From NCBI GenBank assembly GCA_038227875.1, contig JBBRPR010000022.1, positions 66,067 through 130,066 on the forward strand: a stretch of DNA of 64,000 nucleotides, written 5' to 3'. The position numbers and the translations under genes were made by a program. This DNA is from Planctomycetota bacterium (GTDB lineage: Bacteria > Planctomycetota > SZUA-567 > H5-PLA8). The first letter of the stretch is position 1; every line of letters starts with the position of its first letter. Shown here in pieces: positions 57,185 to 64,000 of this stretch. The notes under the pieces are model-generated. The model worked only from the letters and a program-made list of their open reading frames with translations. It had not been told where the DNA came from and searched no databases.

Positions 57185-58378
57185 ATGCTCAAGTACGTCG
57201 TAATGGTGGTTTCACTGATCGGCGCCGCAGTGGCCATCACGCTTTCGACGCGGAACATCAAGAAGCAGCCGGTGCAGAAGCCGTTCAAAGAACCGCCCCA
57301 CAATCCGTACCGCCAGAGCATCGGCTGCGCCGGCATCGTCGAAGCGGCCAGCCAAAATGTGGTGATCGGCGTCAGCGAAGCCGGCCGCGTCGTCAAGGTC
57401 TTCGTCCACCGCGGCGACAAAGTCAAAGTCGGCGACCCGCTGCTGCGGACAGATACATCCAATCTGGAAGCCCAGCGCGTCGTGGCCGTCGCGGCCGTGG
57501 CGACAGCCAACGCAGCGCTGGAACGCGTCAGCGCGTACCAGCGTCCGGAGAACGGCGAAGTCCTCCGTGCGCAGCAGGCGCAGGCGCTGGCGCAGCAGCA
57601 CGAAACCGAACACAGCGTAGTTGAAGCGCAGTTCACTGCCGCGCAGCAGGAATGGTTGGTGAAAGATCTCGAAGACCAGGTCGCGCGGCTGGACCTTACC
57701 GTTAAATCCCACGCGTCTCCGGAGCAGGATTTGATCCACGCCCGGTTTCTGCTCGGAGCCGCTCAGGAAAATGCGAACTTGCTGAAACAGAAGATCGACA
57801 CCGCGCGGCTGCATGTCGTGACTGCCACCGCCGCTACGCAATTGGCGCAGGCCAATCTCGACGTGTTCCTTGGCGGCGCGTGGAAGCCGGACCTTGCCGC
57901 CGCAAAGGCCTCGGTGCTCCAGGCCGAAGCGCAACTCAAGCAGATCGATCTGCAGATCGAACGCTGCACCGTCCGCGCACCGCTGGACGCGGTGGTGCTC
58001 CGACAGGAAATTCACGAAGGCGAGTACGCCACCACCACCGACCCGCTCGCCGATTCCGGAAATGTCGGGATCGTGCTCGGCAATCTCGATCACCTCAATA
58101 TTCGCGTCGACGTCGACGAATTCGACGCTCAGCGCTTCAAGCCCGGGATGAAAGCGAAGGCGCTCTACAAGACAGGCGAAGGTGAACCGATCGAGCTGGA
58201 TTTCGTGCGCGTCGATCCGTTCATCATCCCCAAGCGCGCGCTCACCAACAGCCAGAGCGAACTGGTGGATACGCGCGTCCTGCAAATCGTCTACACGGTC
58301 GCCACGCCCAATTCCAACCTGTACGTCGGACAACAGGTGGACGTTTACATCGATACCGAAGGACAGCACCAACCCTGA
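57185..58378 (+). CDS. HlyD/DevB-type membrane fusion protein
   Basis: Lipoyl half-motifs (GDKVKVGDPL; VRAPLDAVV), long coiled coil, VDTRVLQIVY. Confidence 0.88.
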   Translation: MLKYVVMVVSLIGAAVAITLSTRNIKKQPVQKPFKEPPHNPYRQSIGCAGIVEAASQNVVIGVSEAGRVVKVFVHRGDKVKVGDPLLRTDTSNLEAQRVVAVAAVATANAALERVSAYQRPENGEVLRAQQAQALAQQHETEHSVVEAQFTAAQQEWLVKDLEDQVARLDLTVKSHASPEQDLIHARFLLGAAQENANLLKQKIDTARLHVVTATAATQLAQANLDVFLGGAWKPDLAAAKASVLQAEAQLKQIDLQIERCTVRAPLDAVVLRQEIHEGEYATTTDPLADSGNVGIVLGNLDHLNIRVDVDEFDAQRFKPGMKAKALYKTGEGEPIELDFVRVDPFIIPKRALTNSQSELVDTRVLQIVYTVATPNSNLYVGQQVDVYIDTEGQHQP

Positions 58379-58494
58379 ACGCACACGTCCATCGGCAATA
58401 GCTGCTGGAGATTCTAATTTCCTGAAGTGGCTCCGTTGTTTCGTGCACCCTTTGCGCTACGATTGGCCACCTCTATGCAGAGGTGACGCTTTCA

Positions 58495-60381
58495 ATGGCC
58501 AGTGCGATTCTCGATAACCTCGGCATCCAGATCAAAGAGATCGGCGATTTTGAAATTGTTCGCAAGCTCGGCGAAGGCGGCATGGGCAGCGTCTTTCTGG
58601 CGCGGCAGAAATCGCTCGACCGGCAGGTCGCGCTCAAAGTCATCGCGCCCTCCTTCTCGGACAACGCCGATTTCATCGCCCGGTTTCAACGCGAAGCCCG
58701 CGCCACTGGCAACCTCAATCATCCCAACATCGTCCAAGGTATCGACGTCGCACGCGACGCGAAGACCGGGCTCTGGCACTTCGCCATGGAGTTCGTCAAC
58801 GGTCCGTCGGTCAGCAAGCTGCTGAAAGACGGTCCGCTGAGCGAAGAGCGCGCATTGAAGATCACGCTGCAGGTCGCGCGGGCGCTGGACTACGCGGGCA
58901 AGCGCGGTTTCGTTCACCGCGACATCAAGCCCGACAACATCCTGATCGCCGCCAGCGGTGAAGCCAAGCTCGCCGACCTGGGCCTGGCCAAGCGCACCGG
59001 CGAAGATGCCAGTCTCACGCAGACCGGCTTTGCCGTCGGTACGCCGCACTACATTTCGCCCGAGCAGACCCGCGGCGACAAGGACATCGACGGCCGCGCT
59101 GACATCTACTCGCTGGGCGCGACGCTTTTTCATCTCACCACCGGCCGGCCTCCATTCGATGGCCCCACGGCCGCGGTGATCATGGTCAAACACCTTAACG
59201 ACGAGCCGCCGACCGCGCGGCAGATCAATCCGAAGGTCAGCGAAGGCTGCAGCAAACTGATTTCAAAAATGATGCGCAAAGACCGCGCGCAGCGTTTCAA
59301 AACCGCGGCGGAACTGATCGAGCGGATCGAAGGGGTCCTCGCCGGCGAAGATTTGCTTGCATCGGAACCGGCGCGCGAGCCAATTCGCAAGCGCGGCGAC
59401 CAGGGCGAATCGCGCACGGGCGTGAAGCGCAGCCGGAAGAATTCCAACGCGCTTCTTTACGCCGGAATCGCGGCGGCGGTGGCAGGCGTGGCGGTGGCCA
59501 CGGCCATCGCGGCGTTCTCAGGAACTCCTCCCGCCGCCCCGGAATCCAAACCCCAGGCCCGGCAGGCGGAACCACAAAAGCCCGAACTGCCGAACGCCGC
59601 AACCCTCACTCCTCCACCCGCTCAGCCGGTTGTTCCCGCCGCCGCCGTGCCAGCCGCTCCACCTGTCGCGCCTGCCGCCGCCCCCATCCCCGCTCCGGTA
59701 ATCCCTGCTCCAGAGTTGGCGGCGCTGGAAGAAAAAGCCCGCAAGGTCTGGGAAGCACTCCACATCACCGGCGCGCCACCGGCCAATCCGCAAGCGGCCG
59801 GGTTGCAGATCAGAGTGCTCGATGAATACGGAAAGGTGTTTGGCCGCACCAAATTTGCCGCCAGCATCGCCGACAAGATCCGCGACGCTCGCGCGCAGGC
59901 ACAGAATGTCGTCGGCGTCGCCGCGGGAATCTTCGTCGGCCGCGCCCAAGGCAGTGATTGGATCGATTTCAAACCCGATGGCGCACCCGCTCCGGAACAT
60001 CTGGCGATCGATACCAGGAATCAGGAGCTAGTCGGAGTGGTCTCGAAGCTGGTCACGTACCGCCGATTGAAAGTTCAGTGGAAGGATCGCAACGGCGCGA
60101 AGCTCGTCTCCTCCGTCGAATTGCTTCCCGTGCCCGCAGAAGGTTCCGAAGGCGTCACGGTCGGGCGCGTCGTGGCCTCTGACCTCAACGGCCAGTGGGG
60201 CCTGCGCTACCTTGACATCCAGACTGACGCAGGCGAGCTTCACCGCTTCGCGCCCAACAACCATGGTCGCGACCCGAACTTTCCAGAGATGATTTCGAGG
60301 GCAAAAATCGGCGAGAAGATCAAAGTCTCCTGGTTCTGGGAACTGCGGCCGCGCCTCGTCAAGCTCGAACCGGCCGAGTGA
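58495..60381 (+). CDS. Membrane-anchored Hanks-type Ser/Thr protein kinase
   Basis: LGEGGMG, VALK, HRDIKPDN, DLGLAK, GTPHYISPEQ; then TM, Pro-rich linker and C-terminal domain. Confidence 0.93.
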   Translation: MASAILDNLGIQIKEIGDFEIVRKLGEGGMGSVFLARQKSLDRQVALKVIAPSFSDNADFIARFQREARATGNLNHPNIVQGIDVARDAKTGLWHFAMEFVNGPSVSKLLKDGPLSEERALKITLQVARALDYAGKRGFVHRDIKPDNILIAASGEAKLADLGLAKRTGEDASLTQTGFAVGTPHYISPEQTRGDKDIDGRADIYSLGATLFHLTTGRPPFDGPTAAVIMVKHLNDEPPTARQINPKVSEGCSKLISKMMRKDRAQRFKTAAELIERIEGVLAGEDLLASEPAREPIRKRGDQGESRTGVKRSRKNSNALLYAGIAAAVAGVAVATAIAAFSGTPPAAPESKPQARQAEPQKPELPNAATLTPPPAQPVVPAAAVPAAPPVAPAAAPIPAPVIPAPELAALEEKARKVWEALHITGAPPANPQAAGLQIRVLDEYGKVFGRTKFAASIADKIRDARAQAQNVVGVAAGIFVGRAQGSDWIDFKPDGAPAPEHLAIDTRNQELVGVVSKLVTYRRLKVQWKDRNGAKLVSSVELLPVPAEGSEGVTVGRVVASDLNGQWGLRYLDIQTDAGELHRFAPNNHGRDPNFPEMISRAKIGEKIKVSWFWELRPRLVKLEPAE

Positions 60382-60388
60382 CTCGCCG

Positions 60389-61297
60389 CTACTTCGTGAA
60401 CGACTTGAACGCGCGCGGCACCGGCGCTTCAAAGCGCATCGGCTTTTTCGTGACGGGATGTTTGAAGCCCAGCTTCAACGCGTGCAAGGCCAGCCGCCGC
60501 GCGCGCCAGCGGGGATGCGCGGAGCGCTCTGCGCCATAGCGCGGATCGCCCAGCACCGGGTGGCCGGTCTCCGCGAAGTGGACGCGGATCTGGTTGCGCC
60601 GGCCGGTCTCCAGCCAGACGCGCACGACCGACGCGTCATGGACGACGCGGTCGAGCTCGTAATGCGTGATCGCTAGCTGTCCGTCGTCCTCGTCTTTCGT
60701 TGAGAACTGCTGCAAGCTCGGCGACGTCGCCAGATAGCTTTCGAACTTTCCCTTCTTCGGCACTTCACCGGCGACAATCGCGAGGTACTCGCGCTCCGGC
60801 TTGCGCTCTTCGAATTGGGTCTGCAACAGTTTGGCGATCTCGCGCTCCTTGCCAAAGACGAGCACCCCCGACGCGCCGCGGTCAAGACGATGGACAAGCT
60901 GCGCACGTTCGCGGCCGCCGTTGTGCGTGAGGTATCGCGTGATCGCGGCGACCAGCGTGTTCTCGTCGCCGGGATGCGCGGGGACGGTCAGCACGCCCGC
61001 TGCCTTGTCGACGACGATCAGGTGCTTGTCTTCAAAGAGGATCGTGAAGTTCTCGTCCTCCCACGCGCGCTTTTTGGGATGGTAGCGGGTATGGATGTCG
61101 TACGTCGCTTCGACGACATCGCCCACACTGACCGGCGCGCCGATGACGCGGCAGGTCTCATCATTGATGCTGACGCAATCGTGATCAAAGAGCCCGCGCA
61201 ACTCCGAGCGCGACAGTTTCGTGAGCGTCTGTACGACTTTATCCGCGCGGCCGGCGAGCTCCGCGGTGACGTCGATTTTCTTCGTTATCATTGCCAT
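60389..61297 (-). CDS. RluA-family pseudouridine synthase with S4-like N-terminus
   Basis: VVDKAAG, HRLD, LETGRRNQIRVH, GHPVLGD.RY and LALHA. Confidence 0.92.
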   Translation of the reverse strand: MAMITKKIDVTAELAGRADKVVQTLTKLSRSELRGLFDHDCVSINDETCRVIGAPVSVGDVVEATYDIHTRYHPKKRAWEDENFTILFEDKHLIVVDKAAGVLTVPAHPGDENTLVAAITRYLTHNGGRERAQLVHRLDRGASGVLVFGKEREIAKLLQTQFEERKPEREYLAIVAGEVPKKGKFESYLATSPSLQQFSTKDEDDGQLAITHYELDRVVHDASVVRVWLETGRRNQIRVHFAETGHPVLGDPRYGAERSAHPRWRARRLALHALKLGFKHPVTKKPMRFEAPVPRAFKSFTK

Positions 61298-61330
61298 GAT
61301 GCGAAACTATACCGCGTCGGGTGAAAACGG

Positions 61331-61468
61331 TATTGCGGATTTCGGATTGCGGATTGCGGAGTAGTAGGGATGACTCACGGGTTGTTAACCGTGCACCCAC
61401 TATTGGAATGGCATTTTGGAAACTCGGCGTTGCGCCCTCTCCTAATCCGAAATCCGAAATCCGCAATA
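61331..61468. repeat. Inverted heptamer tandem repeat element (ATTGCGG / AATCCG-A/C)
   Basis: ATTGCGG-ATTTCGG-ATTGCGG-ATTGCGG at 61332-61359 and AATCCGA-AATCCGA-AATCCGC-AATA at 61444-61468; includes an 18-bp perfect inverted repeat. Confidence 0.75.
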
Positions 61469-61627
61469 ATCAGTCCCGCCCTCTGGAATTACGCACCAAC
61501 CCTGCTAGTATCTCAGGCTCTGAATGTCCGCATTCAGAATGCCGTTTCCTGCGCGTGCAGTCGGCACAACACCGATCCCCAAACGTGAAATGATCCGCTC
61601 CCAATAAGGTGCGGTGCTTGAACTCCC

Positions 61628-63442
61628 ATGGCGACGTTACTGAAAATTGAAGACGCGTACAAAGGCTACGGCGACCGCGACCTCCTCGATGGTGCCGAAT
61701 GTGAAATCCCCGACGATCACAAGGTGGGCTTGATCGGCCGCAATGGAGCGGGCAAGTCGACGCTCATCCGCGTGCTGCTGGGCGAGGAAGAACTCGATAA
61801 GGGCCAGGTCATCCGTCATCCGCGCCTGCGCCTGGGCTACCTGCGCCAGCACGATCCCTTTCTCGAAGGGGAAACGGTCCTCGAATTTCTGATGCGCGAT
61901 TCCGAACAGCCGGATTGGAAGTGCGGCGCCGTCGCCGGCCAATTCGAACTCAAAAAGGAAAAGCTCGAAGGCCCGGTCAAGAAACTCTCCGGCGGTTGGC
62001 AGACGCGCGTAAAACTCACCGCGCTGCTGCTGCATGAGCCGAATCTGCTGATGCTCGACGAACCGACCAACTTCCTCGACTTGCGCACCCAGTTGCTGCT
62101 CGAAGATTTCTTGAAAGGCTTCCGCGGCGGCTGTTTGATCGTCTCCCATGACCGCACGTTCCTCAACGCGACCTGCGACCACACGCTCAGCCTGTCGCGC
62201 GGCAAGCTCACGCTCTACCCCGGTAACGTCACCGCGTTCCTGGCGTACGAACAGGAACAGCGCGAAATTGACGTGCGCACCAATGCCGCGATCATGACCC
62301 GCCGAGCGCAGCTGGAAACGTTCATCGCCAAGAACAAAGTCGGCGCAAACACCGCATCGCAGGCCAAATCGAAAGCCAAGCTGCTCGACCGGCTGCAGGT
62401 GAAGGACATCGAACGCGCCGAAAAGACCGTGCGCATGAAAGTGCCCGCGGTCGAAGCGCGCTCGGGCCCCGCGCTGCGCTGCACGAATCTCACTATTGGC
62501 TATGGCGAGACGGCGATCGCGAAGGACATCAACGTCGAAATCAATCACGGTTCGCGCGTCGCTGTTGTCGGCGACAACGGACAGGGCAAAACCACGTTTC
62601 TGCGCACGGTGGCCGGTTCGCTGGAACCGCTTGCTGGCGCGCTGAAGTGGGGTTTCGGCTGCGACATCGGCTGCTACGCGCAGCACGTCTATACCAGCCT
62701 GCCCGAACACTACACGGTCAAGGAATACCTCGGCGCGCAGGCCACCGGCGATGCGACGATGCAGACGGTGCTCGACATGGCCGGCTCCTTCCTCTTCCGC
62801 GGCGACGATGTCGAAAAGGACGTCTCGGTGCTCAGCGGCGGCGAACGCGCGCGGTTGTGCATGGCCGGTCTGCTGCTCAGCAAGCATTCCGTGCTGATCC
62901 TCGACGAACCGGGAAATCACTTGGACGTCGAAACCGTCGAAGCCCTCGCTGATGCGCTCAGCCGCTACCGCGGCACGGTGATCTTCACCAGCCACGACCG
63001 CAGCTTCATGGAACGGATGGCGACGGCCGTGGTGGAAGTGCGCGACGGCAGCGTCACGAATTATCCCAACGATTACGCGGCGTACCTCTACCGCGTGAAA
63101 AAGGAAATCGAAGAAGGCGAGCGCGGCGCCAAGGGTTCGACGGGCAATGCCCCCGCGGTACGGGTCGTTCTGCCTGAAACAGAAGAAGCGAAGGCCGAAC
63201 GCAAGGCGCGCAACCGCCGCCTGTTTGAAATCCGCTCGCAGTTGCAGTCGCTGGAACGGCAGATGGCCAAGTACACGGAGAAGAAAAACACCGTCGAAGA
63301 ACAGGTCCGCACGCTGGGCGGCGCGGAACTGGCCAACGCCAAGCGCGAACAGGTTGCCACACTGGAGAAGCTTTCGTCGATCGAAGAGAAGTGGCTCGCG
63401 CTGCAGCAGGAACAGGAAAAACTCGAGAAGGCCAACGCGTGA
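61628..63442 (+). CDS. ABC-F family ATPase (Uup/YheS-like)
   Basis: Two NBDs (GRNGAGKS/LSGG/DEPTN and GDNGQGKT/LSGGE/DEPGN), no TMs, C-terminal coiled coil. Confidence 0.93.
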   Translation: MATLLKIEDAYKGYGDRDLLDGAECEIPDDHKVGLIGRNGAGKSTLIRVLLGEEELDKGQVIRHPRLRLGYLRQHDPFLEGETVLEFLMRDSEQPDWKCGAVAGQFELKKEKLEGPVKKLSGGWQTRVKLTALLLHEPNLLMLDEPTNFLDLRTQLLLEDFLKGFRGGCLIVSHDRTFLNATCDHTLSLSRGKLTLYPGNVTAFLAYEQEQREIDVRTNAAIMTRRAQLETFIAKNKVGANTASQAKSKAKLLDRLQVKDIERAEKTVRMKVPAVEARSGPALRCTNLTIGYGETAIAKDINVEINHGSRVAVVGDNGQGKTTFLRTVAGSLEPLAGALKWGFGCDIGCYAQHVYTSLPEHYTVKEYLGAQATGDATMQTVLDMAGSFLFRGDDVEKDVSVLSGGERARLCMAGLLLSKHSVLILDEPGNHLDVETVEALADALSRYRGTVIFTSHDRSFMERMATAVVEVRDGSVTNYPNDYAAYLYRVKKEIEEGERGAKGSTGNAPAVRVVLPETEEAKAERKARNRRLFEIRSQLQSLERQMAKYTEKKNTVEEQVRTLGGAELANAKREQVATLEKLSSIEEKWLALQQEQEKLEKANA

Positions 63443-63819
63443 AGATCCAGTGGTTCACCAACAACGTCCGCGTCCGCATAAAACCCGCGGAACTGGAAGC
63501 GTTGCAGCGCAACGATGCCGTGCGCGAAGAACTGCGCGTCCCCGGCAGCGGACATTGGTCGGCCGAATTGCTGCCGGGCGCGACGCACACGGGCCTGACC
63601 ATCGCCAGCGGCGCACTGCGAATTTCGCTGACCGACGCCGATATCATACAATTGACGAAACCTGATGCCGAAGGCGTCTACTTCAAGCACGAAGGCGTGA
63701 CCTACTACGTCGAAAAGGATTTTCCCTGCGCGCATTCCGGAACCGGCCCGGCCGCGGAATCTATCACGGGAAAGTTTCCGCCCAACGAAAGCTTCAAGAA
63801 GCGGAAGAATATTTCGTAG
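63439..63819 (+). CDS. Hypothetical protein translationally coupled to the ABC-F gene
   Basis: GTG overlaps the ABC-F stop (GTGA); protein-like pattern NNVRVRI...VEKDFPC. Confidence 0.65.
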   Translation: MKIQWFTNNVRVRIKPAELEALQRNDAVREELRVPGSGHWSAELLPGATHTGLTIASGALRISLTDADIIQLTKPDAEGVYFKHEGVTYYVEKDFPCAHSGTGPAAESITGKFPPNESFKKRKNIS

Positions 63820-64000
63820 TCCGGGCGTCCCGACAGGTTCATCCTGCGCAAGTCGTTTACTACCAATAGACTCCAATGTGGATTGTTCTACCGATTTGTT
63901 CCCCCGTTGCAATTGATTACGGTTGGTCCCAGACCTTTCCGAAAGGAAGAGCGGCCGGGAGGAAATGGTTCTCGAGGTGATGCCCTCATTTCGCCCGCGC

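Noticed and set aside
63925..63965. SRP RNA (CCGAAAGGAAG resembles CCGGAAGGAAGCAGC) or RNase P RNA (GAGGAAA)
   Set aside because: The 5' CAGG half of the SRP loop and the GAGGAAAGTCC continuation are missing.
1..64000. CRISPR arrays, tRNA/rRNA genes, transposases and defence systems
   Set aside because: No regularly spaced repeats or recognisable motifs were found by eye; the intergenic gaps are short.

Overview
High-GC bacterial DNA. The protein repertoire (Hanks kinase, PQQ-like propeller, acetylxylan-esterase-like hydrolase, many large secreted proteins) suggests a Planctomycetota/PVC-type diderm, but that is inference only. Bases 1-33568 are a nearly contiguous flagellar supercluster: 'fliF-fliG-H-I-J-ylxF/motE-like-fliK-flgD-flgE-motA-motB-fliL-fliM-[REC-FliN]-fliO-P-Q-R-flhB-flhA-flhF-flhG-2TM orf-fliA-PilZ-(small Cys orf, minus)-cheY-HDOD-flgM-flgF-G-A-H-I-J-N-K-L-fliW-csrA. 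It is followed by a TPR-GT41 (OGT/SPINDLY-like)-FkbM fusion. No flagellin, fliD/fliS or cheA/W/MCP lies in the window. Eight intergenic sigma54-type -24/-12 motifs and one sigma28 motif outline a probable transcription hierarchy. The motor looks unusual: FliN carries an N-terminal pseudo-receiver domain, MotB has a degenerate peptidoglycan-binding motif, FlhF appears to lack its N domain, FlgE is short and FliK is long. The rest of the window holds a hydrolase, a lysine 6-dehydrogenase-like plus acyl-CoA dehydrogenase pair, a block of secreted glycan-related proteins (including a GH20-like protein lacking the catalytic DE), a BldC/excisionase-like HTH with upstream direct repeats, a PggH-like DHH phosphoesterase, a TMEM43 homolog, a DevBCA-like exporter, a Ser/Thr kinase, RluA and an ABC-F. 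No rRNA, tRNA, CRISPR or transposase was recognised. All calls come from reading motifs by eye; no database searches were run.
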